The notes beneath the pieces were generated by a model, which did not search any database, had not been told where the DNA came from, and saw only the letters and a list, made by a program, of their open reading frames with translations. Positions 54,300-63,133 of a DNA stretch of 63,133 nt are shown here, piece after piece (positions within the stretch are counted from its first letter, which is position 1; each line of letters begins with the position of its first letter). The DNA is from a virus (Duplodnaviria; Caudoviricetes). The position numbers were made by a program, and so were the translations under genes. The stretch is taken from positions 1 through 63,133 of IMG/VR virus record IMGVR_UViG_3300005534_000015; one strand, written 5' to 3'.

Positions 54300-55314
54300 C
54301 GGTCGATCCCTCCGGCGTTGTTTCAGGGGCCGCGAGCGCGGCGGCTTGCAGCGGCGTTCCACAGCCGATCTGCGCGCAGCAGTGCGCGGCCCAGCGTTGC
54401 CCTTCGTGTATCCATCGTTTGACCTCTTGCTCCTTCGATCCGGCGTGACCCGCCAACTGCGGGCGCCGCAGGACGCTGTAAGCGAAGCCGGCGGTGAATG
54501 CGTCACCTGCCCCGGTTACGTCAATCACGTTATCGGCAAGAGTCGGCTCGTGGAGCATCCTCCGAACGGTGGATTCCGGTTCCATCGAAAGATTACAGTA
54601 AACGCCGCCCGACCCCTGAGTAACGACACGGCATCGCGACTGGAAGAGAGGCCAACGGTCGTTCTCCACAACTTCCTGCCAATGAGTGTCAGCCTCCTTG
54701 TGGTTGCAGATGAAGGCTTCGAGACAGGCGTCCTCCCAACGCTGCGGGACCTTTGAGTTGACAATGGTCGTGAGGCTCGGATAGAGGGTTCCTATCCAGT
54801 TGATGAGCCGCTGGCCCGCTCGGCCCTGAAACATCCCTTTATCGTAGTCGGCCACGACGACAAGATCGAAGATACCTTGTAAAAGCACCTCCCGAAGAGA
54901 GGCGCACTCTTGTTCGTCCAGAATGCAATTCGTATCTTCGTCGCAGCGAACCAGTTGCCTGACAAATTCTCCCGACTCAGAGGCAAGGCAAATCCTCTCT
55001 TTGCGGGTCGTGCGGAATTGACCTGGCGGGCGCAAGCAGCGCCAGGAGAGAGCAATGTTGTTACGCGCGCAAAGGTCGCTCAAATCGCCACCCGTTGCAT
55101 CCGTCGTCCAGTGACAAAAGAGAGTGACAGCAACGTCTTCCTGCGCTGCCAGCCACCGGGCGACGTTTGCCGCGCCTCCCAGCTCAATTTCGGTCTTCAT
55201 GTTGGACAGGACGCGGCAGTCGGGGTCCTCGGGGCTATCTCGGAAAGTAAAGCTATAACGACGGACATCAACCATCGCGTCACCAATGACGGCAATACGA
55301 TATGGATAGGACAT
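54283..55314 (-). CDS. PfkB-family sugar kinase, heptose-7-phosphate kinase-like (HldE domain I / HldA-like)
   Basis: IAVIGDAMVD, RDSPE, LGGAANVA, TTRKER, DYDKG, DVTGAGDAF. Confidence 0.85.
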   Translation of the reverse strand: MSYPYRIAVIGDAMVDVRRYSFTFRDSPEDPDCRVLSNMKTEIELGGAANVARWLAAQEDVAVTLFCHWTTDATGGDLSDLCARNNIALSWRCLRPPGQFRTTRKERICLASESGEFVRQLVRCDEDTNCILDEQECASLREVLLQGIFDLVVVADYDKGMFQGRAGQRLINWIGTLYPSLTTIVNSKVPQRWEDACLEAFICNHKEADTHWQEVVENDRWPLFQSRCRVVTQGSGGVYCNLSMEPESTVRRMLHEPTLADNVIDVTGAGDAFTAGFAYSVLRRPQLAGHAGSKEQEVKRWIHEGQRWAAHCCAQIGCGTPLQAAALAAPETTPEGSTDAVTL

Positions 55315-55319
55315 TGAGG

Positions 55320-55865
55320 CTACGGTTCCTTTCGAAGGGCCTGATCGAGTTCGTCCAGTGTCTGGCGAAAGAAAGGTGTCTTCTTCCCATCGGCGCTGAT
55401 AAAGTCAGGAAGCCGATGGATCGATTTCATGTCTATCCGAGACATGGTGTAAACGTCAAGGAACCGAACCTGCACGGCGGCTATTTTATCTGCGGTCATG
55501 GTTTCGGCGCCATCTCCCTTATCGACCCGTCGCCGCATCCGCGCTTCGACTGCTTCCACCGCATCTCCCATCAGAAACAGACGGCACTCCATCACACTCA
55601 TAAAGTGGTCGAACTTCCCCAACTCTCGATCCGAGAGCACCCCGCCGCCGAGACACCCGTTATAGGCATAATTGGAAAGGTGCGCCCGGTCGATGATGAA
55701 GTGGCGACTGCGGCGATACTGTTCAAGCAGCCCGTCGCGGAAGTGCCGATAGGCGTCGGGCGGCGGGACGTTGAACTTCAGGATAGGCAGGTCCAACGCC
55801 TCGCCGATGGCGGCGGCAAGGGTGGACTTACCCGTCATGTTGAGCCCTTCGATCAGTAATATCAA
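55320..55865 (-). CDS. Thymidylate-kinase-like P-loop dNMP kinase
   Basis: IEGLNMTGKSTL, IIDRAHLSNYAY. Confidence 0.75.
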   Translation of the reverse strand: MILLIEGLNMTGKSTLAAAIGEALDLPILKFNVPPPDAYRHFRDGLLEQYRRSRHFIIDRAHLSNYAYNGCLGGGVLSDRELGKFDHFMSVMECRLFLMGDAVEAVEARMRRRVDKGDGAETMTADKIAAVQVRFLDVYTMSRIDMKSIHRLPDFISADGKKTPFFRQTLDELDQALRKEP

Positions 55866-55877
55866 CGATTTCTCCTC

Positions 55878-58800
55878 CTACTCGATACTTCGCAGTTGCT
55901 CTTCGAGCCGGGTCAGTGCGCCGCCGGGATAGGCCCGCGAGCGAACGGTTATCGGGTGCTGCGGGTTCTCCTCCAGGTCGAACAGGTCCCGTTTGCTCTG
56001 CTGCTCGGCGCGCTGCTTCTGCTGCTCGGCTTTCAGGGCAGCGCGGGTGCGGGCATGGACCACCCCCTTGCTCTCTCGGAAACAAACGATGTCTTCGCCG
56101 AACAATCGGGTCCCGTCATCCGAAATCACCGCAACGGCGTAGACGCTGTTGCCAATGCCGTCGGTTGGGCCGCGCAAGGGATCGCGGCCCCGCTTGATCT
56201 CGGCCCACTTCCACCCCGAGAACCAGACGTCAACGGAGCCGGTCTCGTCCGTGATCGTGATCAGGAGCCGCTCGTTCGTCCCGCTCGTGACGCCCGGCTT
56301 CCCTTGCTTCTTGGTCGTCGACAGTTGGACGTCCGTGATCCGCCCAACAATACGCACGGCCCGCTGTCCCCCGCCTTCCTCCATCTGCGCGTGAATGTTT
56401 CGGATCGTCATCGCTTTTTTCTGGGCGGCGGCGGTTCGCTCGATGGGCAGATAGTGGACATTGACGAACCAAGGGGCGATGACCAGAGCGCAGTCGAGGT
56501 CAAGGTCTCCCGTGTGCGCGCCGACCGCCTGCAGATCGTAGGCCAGGGAGGAAGGACAGTTCAGCAGGAAGTGCGTCCAATCCCGGTAGGGCCGTTTTGC
56601 GATCATCTTCTCCGCATGATTGGGGCCAATGCCTTTGATCGTTTGGAAGCCGCCAAGGATGGTATTGGGCTCAGGCGATGAGAACTGCCGCTCACTCAGG
56701 TTCGGGTCCAGGAGAATGAGTCTGCCGCCCTGCTGCCGGAACTCGCGAAGAATCTGCCGCTGGAATGCTTCCTTCTTCTCGTGATTGGCCATGATGCAGG
56801 CGAACGTGGCGGGATGGTGACATTTGAGGTAAGCCGTCCAATAGGCGTGGAGAGCATACATCGCCCCATGCGCTTTATTAAAGATGTAATTTCCGGCTTT
56901 CTGGCACTGGATCCAGAGGTGGTCGGCTTCCTTGGGAGGCACGCCCGCCGCTTTCATCCCTTTCAGGTAAAGCGGATGATACTTTTCCAGTGCGGCGGTG
57001 CCGCCCGATTTGCTAACCAGCTTGCGCACCTTATGAACGTCGGGCCAGTCGAAGCCGGCGACCCGCATCAGGCCCATGACCTGCTCCTGATAGAGGATGA
57101 CCCCGTACGTTTCGCCGAGCACCTCCATCACCTTCGGATGATACCGCGGCATCGCCATGCGGCCGTGTTTGCGTTCGATGTACTCCGCCGCGCCGCCCGA
57201 CTGCAAGGGGCCGGGCCTCCCGAGGGCGGCGAGGGCCACCAGGTCGTTGATATGGCTCGGCTGCAGCTGCAGCAGGAGCTTGCCGGTGGAGTGACCCTTC
57301 AACTGGAAGACACCCATGTTCCGGCCCTTCGATAGCATCTCGTAGGTGGGCACGTCGTCGAGCGGCAGCCGGTAGAGCCAGTCGAAGTCATGACCCAGCG
57401 TGTCGAGGATCTCGGCGACACCCGACATCATCTCCACCGAGAGGGCGTCGATCTTCAGGAAGCCCTGCTGCGCGGCGAAGTTCATATCGCAGGCGATGAC
57501 CCGCGCCTTGTTGGGGATGGCCTCGACGCCGACGATGGTCTCCAGCGGTTCCTGATCCACCACGAAGCCCGCAGCGTGGAGCGACTGGGACCGTATCTGC
57601 CCCTCCAGATCGGCGGCTATTTTCAGCGCCGGCCAATCTTTCAGCAAACGCTGAGCCCCCTCACTTTGCTGAAAAAGTGCGGCGAGCTGGCCCTTGTTCT
57701 TGATACCCCCTTCGTTGTCTAACTCCGGAAGCAGCCGGACCATCGCCTGCCCGACCCATTCAGGGATGTCATAGACCTCGCAGACATCCTTGATGCTCTG
57801 GCGGGCGCGGAAGGTGGAGAGGGAGGCAATCTGGGCGCAGTGCTCCTTCCCGTACTTCTTCTCCAGGTAGGCGAAGCACTCGTCCCGATAGCGAGCATCA
57901 AAGTCCAGGTCGATATCCGGCATGTCGGAGCGGCTCTTGTCGATGAACCGTTCGACCGGCAGCTTGAACTGGATCGGATTTATCTGCGTGATGGAGAGAT
58001 ACCAGCAGAGTAAACTGCCACCACAAGAGCCCCGAGCAATACACCAGTACTTGTTCTTATTGGCCCAGCGCACGATATCAGCTACGAGCAAAAAGTAGTT
58101 CGAAAAAGCATGGTGGCGGATGATGTCAAGTTCGTACTCGGTCCTTTCTTCATATTCTCGCCATTCATCGCTGGCGAGCGGAGGTAACAGTCCCAGACTG
58201 CGACGATAGGCTTTCCCTTCCTCGACCCATTGTTTCAATAGATCGAAGGCCGTCAAGCCCTCTGGCACCTGAAAGAGTGGACCGCGCCCTCGGGGAAGTT
58301 CAACGTCGCACGATTCCGCGATCTCGACCGACCGCCGGGCCGCGGCGATCAAATCGGCTTCAGGAACAGAAGGAAGGACCTCCCTCGCGCGTTGAAGAAT
58401 CTCCTCCCCGCTGCAGCGATAATGATAGGCGGGGATGCGAAGCTTCCGCTGCTCGTCCTTCTTCTTGTTCCCCATCGATATGCAAAGCATGGCGTCTTCG
58501 CATTCGTGGTCTTCCGGGCGCGGAAAGTGGGCGTCGTCCGTCAGCACGGTCGGCAGTTTCAGTTCTTCGGCGATCTTCCAGAGAGTGCGGCAAGCGGCAT
58601 AAGAGATCGGGAGGCCGGGACAGGGGACGATTTCAATAAACCAGTTCTCGATATGGTTCCGCAGATAGTCGCACCATTGGAAGGCAAGGTCGGCCTGATC
58701 CTTGTTGATGAGCCGGGACACCATACCGCCTACGCAGCCGGAGAGAACAATCAGCCCTTCCTGGTGTTCGACGACCGCCTTCCAGTCGAGGGAGGGCTTA

Positions 58801-59183
58801 TAGTAGAATCCTTGAGTGAAAGACTTCTGATACAACTTTAAGAGATTCTGATAGCCCATCTGATTCTGGGCGAGAACGGTCAGGTGGGCAATCTCGACGG
58901 AGGCGGCACCGCGCTGCTGCTTGGTCCCTTTCTCCTTGCCGCGCTGATGCATGTTCTCACGATGGTAGAACTCGCACCCGGCGATAGGCTGGAGGCCACG
59001 CGCTTTCAGGGATTGGAAGAAGGGCCAGATTCCAAACAAGGTACCGTGGTCAGTAAGAGCGCTGTGCTGCTGGCCCAGTTCAACCAAACGGTCAGCGATC
59101 TGATCCGTGTCGCCGGCACCGTCCAAGCGACTATACATACTGTGGGAATGTAGCGCCGCGTAGGGTATTCTTTCTATTGACAT
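55878..59183 (-). CDS. dnaE: DNA polymerase III alpha subunit (family C)
   Basis: PHP domain LHSHSMYSRLDG, ALTDHG, DAHF; RGSCGGSL; MPDIDLDFD; HAAG; FLKIDAL; YIFNKAH; C-terminal OB fold; no intein seen. Confidence 0.95.
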   Translation of the reverse strand: MSIERIPYAALHSHSMYSRLDGAGDTDQIADRLVELGQQHSALTDHGTLFGIWPFFQSLKARGLQPIAGCEFYHRENMHQRGKEKGTKQQRGAASVEIAHLTVLAQNQMGYQNLLKLYQKSFTQGFYYKPSLDWKAVVEHQEGLIVLSGCVGGMVSRLINKDQADLAFQWCDYLRNHIENWFIEIVPCPGLPISYAACRTLWKIAEELKLPTVLTDDAHFPRPEDHECEDAMLCISMGNKKKDEQRKLRIPAYHYRCSGEEILQRAREVLPSVPEADLIAAARRSVEIAESCDVELPRGRGPLFQVPEGLTAFDLLKQWVEEGKAYRRSLGLLPPLASDEWREYEERTEYELDIIRHHAFSNYFLLVADIVRWANKNKYWCIARGSCGGSLLCWYLSITQINPIQFKLPVERFIDKSRSDMPDIDLDFDARYRDECFAYLEKKYGKEHCAQIASLSTFRARQSIKDVCEVYDIPEWVGQAMVRLLPELDNEGGIKNKGQLAALFQQSEGAQRLLKDWPALKIAADLEGQIRSQSLHAAGFVVDQEPLETIVGVEAIPNKARVIACDMNFAAQQGFLKIDALSVEMMSGVAEILDTLGHDFDWLYRLPLDDVPTYEMLSKGRNMGVFQLKGHSTGKLLLQLQPSHINDLVALAALGRPGPLQSGGAAEYIERKHGRMAMPRYHPKVMEVLGETYGVILYQEQVMGLMRVAGFDWPDVHKVRKLVSKSGGTAALEKYHPLYLKGMKAAGVPPKEADHLWIQCQKAGNYIFNKAHGAMYALHAYWTAYLKCHHPATFACIMANHEKKEAFQRQILREFRQQGGRLILLDPNLSERQFSSPEPNTILGGFQTIKGIGPNHAEKMIAKRPYRDWTHFLLNCPSSLAYDLQAVGAHTGDLDLDCALVIAPWFVNVHYLPIERTAAAQKKAMTIRNIHAQMEEGGGQRAVRIVGRITDVQLSTTKKQGKPGVTSGTNERLLITITDETGSVDVWFSGWKWAEIKRGRDPLRGPTDGIGNSVYAVAVISDDGTRLFGEDIVCFRESKGVVHARTRAALKAEQQKQRAEQQSKRDLFDLEENPQHPITVRSRAYPGGALTRLEEQLRSIE

Positions 59184-59659
59184 AGCTTACGAAGATTCTT
59201 TATTGCGCCGAGAATCGCCTGGCTGACATATTGCTGCCGCATTCCCAATCGTTTGCTTATCTCTACTTGCGTGAGGCCCTCGCAAAAATACAGAGACGCG
59301 CACTCCTTCTGGCGCCCTCGCAGTCTTCCCAACATCCATTCGACCCAGCAGTCGCCGATAACGAATTGACAGTTGTCTTCCTCGCCCACTGTTTCATCCA
59401 CAAGGGGATTACCCTCTTCATCGACAAGGTGGGCCTCATGAGCACCGATGTTTTTCCGCGAGCGCGACAATTGCCTGAGCCGACGACTGATGGCCCGTCT
59501 GACTCTGAGGTCCTGTTCCGGTCCCTCGTTTGCTAACTCTTCCAAAGCTGCGAGAAACGCTTCTTGCTTCATGTCTTCATGCTCTGCCGGAGGATGGTAT
59601 CGCTTCAGGTGCCAGAGTATCATTGGTAGATACTTTCGAACGTCGGTCTCATCAGCCAC
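59174..59659 (-). CDS. Phage sigma70-family factor (regions 2 and 4)
   Basis: EDMKQEAFLA; LRGRQKECASLYFCEGLTQVEISKRLGMRQQYVSQ. Confidence 0.75.
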   Translation of the reverse strand: MADETDVRKYLPMILWHLKRYHPPAEHEDMKQEAFLAALEELANEGPEQDLRVRRAISRRLRQLSRSRKNIGAHEAHLVDEEGNPLVDETVGEEDNCQFVIGDCWVEWMLGRLRGRQKECASLYFCEGLTQVEISKRLGMRQQYVSQAILGAIKNLRKLCQ

Positions 59660-60125
59660 CGTACAACTCTTCCCACGCCTCATGGGTGTAGGGGACGCGC
59701 TCGACATCGCATCCGTACTTGTCCCAATAAGCGTCGTCGCAGCAGCCGCGATGTCCGTGAGCGGTTGGCCCGACCCAGTAGACAATCCGGGCTAACTTGG
59801 CCTGCATAACATCGAGTCCGCAGTCGTTGCAGGGAACGCCGCTGACGTAGAGGGTGGCGCCTTTGCAGCGTTCACGGCCGGCGAACATGATGGCGTTGCT
59901 TTCGGAATGAAGGCAACAATTTTCCTTCGGCGCATTGGGCGGTAGACCGACCCGGTAGCAAATGTGGTCGTTCTGGGAACCGGCGGGCTTCCCGTTGTAG
60001 CCCGTGGCGATGATATGCCCTTCTGGATGGACGATGACTGAACCATACTGAGCCCGAAGGCACTTGGAGCCTTTGGCGATCTCGAAGGCTAGGTTGATAT
60101 AGTAGCGGTCCTGTTTAAGAATCAT
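59652..60125 (-). CDS. dCMP deaminase
   Basis: SKCLRAQYGSVIV, IIATGYNG, HSESNAI, PCNDC. Confidence 0.88.
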   Translation of the reverse strand: MILKQDRYYINLAFEIAKGSKCLRAQYGSVIVHPEGHIIATGYNGKPAGSQNDHICYRVGLPPNAPKENCCLHSESNAIMFAGRERCKGATLYVSGVPCNDCGLDVMQAKLARIVYWVGPTAHGHRGCCDDAYWDKYGCDVERVPYTHEAWEELYGG

Positions 60126-60358
60126 TAGTGTTCTTTCGAATTCGGATGTGTCTTTAACCACTTCCATAAAGCAACAGTTAGTTCTTCAACCTTTGATCGT
60201 TCAAGCCAAACATTCGACCCCTCAAGAACGTATCCACCATCGGTTAGACACAAACGTAAACCATGTGTGTCATCCGTAATTAACTCGACACATAGGTAAT
60301 CGCTCAATGAGATTGTGGCATGCACATTAACGTCATCTCCAATCCATTCTTCTGTCAT
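60125..60358 (-). CDS. Hypothetical protein
   Basis: GGGAG RBS; TAATG overlap. Confidence 0.55.
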   Translation of the reverse strand: MTEEWIGDDVNVHATISLSDYLCVELITDDTHGLRLCLTDGGYVLEGSNVWLERSKVEELTVALWKWLKTHPNSKEH

Positions 60359-60374
60359 AGTTCTCCCTTATGTC

Positions 60375-63133
60375 TTAATCACGAATCGGTGCTCTCTTCC
60401 TTGGCTCTGCGGCCTGCTGCCGATCTTCTGCCAGCATCTTCTCCAGCATGGTACAGAACGGCGCTGTTTTCGCTGCCGCCTCCAGACCTTTGGAATGGGC
60501 GATGCAGTTGTTGGCGAGCAGGACCGACCAGAGCGTCTGCGCGGCGAACCGTTCTCCCACCAACTCCTCCAGCATCGTGCGGGTCAGCACCGATTGCGTC
60601 AGCAGTTGACGGACGAGCGCCCGCCGGGGAACGCTGACGATCTGGCCCAGCGCCTGCAGGACGGCGGTCTCGTCGGCGATGAAGCTCCGCTCCTTCTCGA
60701 TGGCGGAGAAGGCCGCGTAGCCCATGTCTTTCGAGTCGTAGGTTTCTTCCAGATGCGCAACCGCGTAAGCGACGTGCGGGGTGTCGACAACTAAGACAAC
60801 CTTCTCTTCATTCGTCCGAAAGGCCCCACTTAGGGCCGCTACAGGCACCGAAAGCTTAGCTAACTTGTCAAAGGCGCGGCCTTTTTCCAGCAAAGGAATC
60901 ACCTCGCTGTACTTACTCGTCAACTCCTCCGTCTTCCGCCGGAGCAAAAGCTGCGCATCCTCGGTGAACTCCACCTGGTTCGGAGCCAACGACCAGGTGA
61001 GGATGGCCAGGCTGTTAAAGTGTCGCCTTACGCCGTCTCGCTGCAGCCGGGGACGCGGTTGGGTAATTGTCGCGACGTCTACGCTGTCACTGGCGACGGC
61101 GTAGACCTTACAGAAGCGGGCCACGTCCTGACGGCTGTTGATCACGGCCTCAATGGCGCGGCAGGCCCCGTTATAAGTGGCGATGGCCCGACCTTCCTGC
61201 GGGTTGGTGAGCCAGAGGAGGCGAACCTTGGTAGGGGTCTTGGCGTTGTGGATCTTGGTGATCTCGGCCATTCCCGAGCTGCGCAGCGCGGTCAACTGCG
61301 AGATGATGTCTTTGTTCTTGGTCTGCAGGGCATCGATCTCGTCCAGCACGACGAAACCCCCGTGGTTCCGCGGCAACGCGCCCCATTTGGTGACGGGGAT
61401 GCGGTCAATGAATTCGATGCCGCCCACCAGGCCCGCAGCTGAGACGGTCTCACCCGAGATCAACTCGCCCACGTTGACCATCTGCATGATTCTTTTTGCG
61501 GTCGTTGACTTACCGGTACCGGTGTCCCCGATGACGAGCACCTCGACCCAGCCGTTTTCAATCGTATGGTTGCCGCAGGAGAACTCCAGCACCGAGTAGA
61601 TGCACTCCAGCACCGCCTGCTGGATCCCGTACTGCCCCCAGATGCCGGTGTCCTCTTCGATGACCCGGTGCAGGCTCTGGAAGTGGTCGGCGATGGTCTC
61701 GCCGTTCCGAGGCTGAAACCATTCGATGGCCTCATAGACGGCCTCGTTGACGACAAAGTTTTCGATGGCGCTGCGGGCCGGCTCGGCGCCGTAGAGGTTC
61801 AGGACGGCGGATTGGCTCTTGGGGTCGGCCTGCAGGTGGCCCGAGAACCAGTAGTCGCGATTGTCGGTGATCGGTTCCCCATGGTAGTAGGCGGTCACGA
61901 GGCCGTTGTAGTCCTCGCGCATCTGGGCCAGCTCGACAGCGGGGGAGAGGAGAAGGTGCTGGATATTCTGTCGTTTGACGCTGGCAATCTGCACGACGTC
62001 ACAGCGGCGATTGATCCCCAGAATCTTACGGATGGATTGGTCCTGCTGCTCCTCCGAGACGCGAAACATCTGCAGGGCCTTCTCGTTGCGATAGGAGATC
62101 GGAATCGTCCACGGTTTCTCGGCCGCGTCCATCCGGTACAACTCGCATTTGTTACAGAGCTTCCCTTGACTGCGAGGGCAATCGATCAGGACCTCGGTCG
62201 GGACCTGATAGGAAGCCAGACCGTGGGATTTTCCCATTGCGTGCGCGAGAAAGCGGATCGGTACGCCGTAAAGGTCGTTGGCCTGCAGGTCGCGGAAGGT
62301 GATCTCGCGCGGCTCGCCCGCTTCCTCTCCCTCATAGAACGTGCCCGCCCGCGGCTCGACCTTCTCGGCCTCGGCCACGAGGGTGTCCCATTCCTCTTTC
62401 GTATGGCCGGCATCACACCAGTCGGTGTAGTCACCGTTCGCCGGCAGGCCCTCCGAGGGGAGGTGGATGATCGAGACCGCCTTGCAGACGGTGGCAAGGC
62501 GTTGGGCTACCTTGCGGGAGGCTTTCCTTCCGGCCTCATCCACGTCGAAGCAGACGTAAACCGTTTTGCCGCGAAAGAGTCGGGCAAAATCGTCGGGCAG
62601 AACGCCTTCCGCAGCCGTCACCGTGACCGCCGGCAGGCCATTCTGGTGCGCCCGCATCGTGTCCTTCTCGCCCGCCATGAAGAAGACCAGCGGCTCCTTC
62701 TGGAGGGTCGGGAGGGGAAAGATGCGGCAGGCGCCGTGTCCCGTCGCCCAGTGGATCATCTTCCGGTCGGCCTGGCGGTTATAGAGGCGGATATCCTCCC
62801 ACGCCTCGCTCTCACCCCAGATCGGAATGGTAAAGCGGCCCGGCTCGTTCTCGCCCCGTGAGACATAGCCGATCTTGAACCGCGTCAGAGTCTCGGGTTG
62901 CAGGCGAAACATCTCCTGGGCGCGCTGCAGGAGGGCGGGGCTGGTGAGGAGACGGTGATGATATCCCTCTACTTCCTTATCGGCAATGGGTCGGAGGAGG
63001 CCGAGTTCGAGGGCCAGTTGGCGGACGGCTTCGCCCTTTGTTTTGCAGCCTTTGGCCCAGTAGTAAAGGTCGATGGCGTCGCCCGCCTCGCCGCAGCTTG
63101 CCGACTGACACTTCCAGAGGCCGGAGTTGATGT
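60375..63133 (-). CDS. Primase-helicase: CHC2 Zn finger + DnaG-type TOPRIM + MCM-family AAA+ helicase, 5' partial
   Basis: Frame stays open to the window edge (..GLWKCQSASCGEAGDAIDL..); AGEKD, CFDVDEAG, GDYTD; GDTGTGKST, SAAGLVGG, WGALPRNHGGFVVLDEID, ARF. Confidence 0.85.
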   Translation of the reverse strand, partial: INSGLWKCQSASCGEAGDAIDLYYWAKGCKTKGEAVRQLALELGLLRPIADKEVEGYHHRLLTSPALLQRAQEMFRLQPETLTRFKIGYVSRGENEPGRFTIPIWGESEAWEDIRLYNRQADRKMIHWATGHGACRIFPLPTLQKEPLVFFMAGEKDTMRAHQNGLPAVTVTAAEGVLPDDFARLFRGKTVYVCFDVDEAGRKASRKVAQRLATVCKAVSIIHLPSEGLPANGDYTDWCDAGHTKEEWDTLVAEAEKVEPRAGTFYEGEEAGEPREITFRDLQANDLYGVPIRFLAHAMGKSHGLASYQVPTEVLIDCPRSQGKLCNKCELYRMDAAEKPWTIPISYRNEKALQMFRVSEEQQDQSIRKILGINRRCDVVQIASVKRQNIQHLLLSPAVELAQMREDYNGLVTAYYHGEPITDNRDYWFSGHLQADPKSQSAVLNLYGAEPARSAIENFVVNEAVYEAIEWFQPRNGETIADHFQSLHRVIEEDTGIWGQYGIQQAVLECIYSVLEFSCGNHTIENGWVEVLVIGDTGTGKSTTAKRIMQMVNVGELISGETVSAAGLVGGIEFIDRIPVTKWGALPRNHGGFVVLDEIDALQTKNKDIISQLTALRSSGMAEITKIHNAKTPTKVRLLWLTNPQEGRAIATYNGACRAIEAVINSRQDVARFCKVYAVASDSVDVATITQPRPRLQRDGVRRHFNSLAILTWSLAPNQVEFTEDAQLLLRRKTEELTSKYSEVIPLLEKGRAFDKLAKLSVPVAALSGAFRTNEEKVVLVVDTPHVAYAVAHLEETYDSKDMGYAAFSAIEKERSFIADETAVLQALGQIVSVPRRALVRQLLTQSVLTRTMLEELVGERFAAQTLWSVLLANNCIAHSKGLEAAAKTAPFCTMLEKMLAEDRQQAAEPRKRAPIRD

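Noticed and set aside
1-63133. Alternative genetic code (stop-codon reassignment)
   Set aside because: Long conserved genes are intact under the standard code, and TAA, TAG and TGA all end recognisable genes at expected positions

Overview
This 63 kb window is a fragment of a large, GC-rich tailed dsDNA bacteriophage genome; the host cannot be assigned from the sequence. Layout: (i) 1-8.5 kb, a leftward block of small accessory genes containing a ~440 nt strongly base-paired intergenic element. (ii) 8.6-52.3 kb, a rightward virion module: T4 gp20-like portal, Ser/Thr/Gly-rich fibre or decoration proteins, amidase, NDP kinase, a single 1153 aa ChaB + gp21-like protease + scaffold + gp23-like capsid polyprotein, and a sheath-less siphovirus-type tail. 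The tail genes are interrupted by a cassette of two GT9-like glycosyltransferases and two SAM methyltransferases. (iii) 52.3-63.1 kb, a leftward replication and metabolism block: resolvase, cupin, split HldE-type heptose kinase and nucleotidyltransferase, dNMP kinase, DnaE, sigma-like factor, dCMP deaminase, and a DnaG-type primase fused to an MCM helicase. Six free-standing homing endonucleases are scattered through the window. Top candidates for new biology: (1) a T4-type head-maturation and cargo system apparently rewired from Glu to Gln cleavage, with four small basic paralogues carrying T4-like capsid-targeting leaders; (2) a phage-encoded NDP-heptose / GT9 / O-methylation glycosylation pathway; (3) a large unclassified structured RNA. 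No terminase, integrase, tail sheath, tRNA or CRISPR array was recognised. All family calls are by eye from motifs, with reference sequences quoted from memory and no database search.
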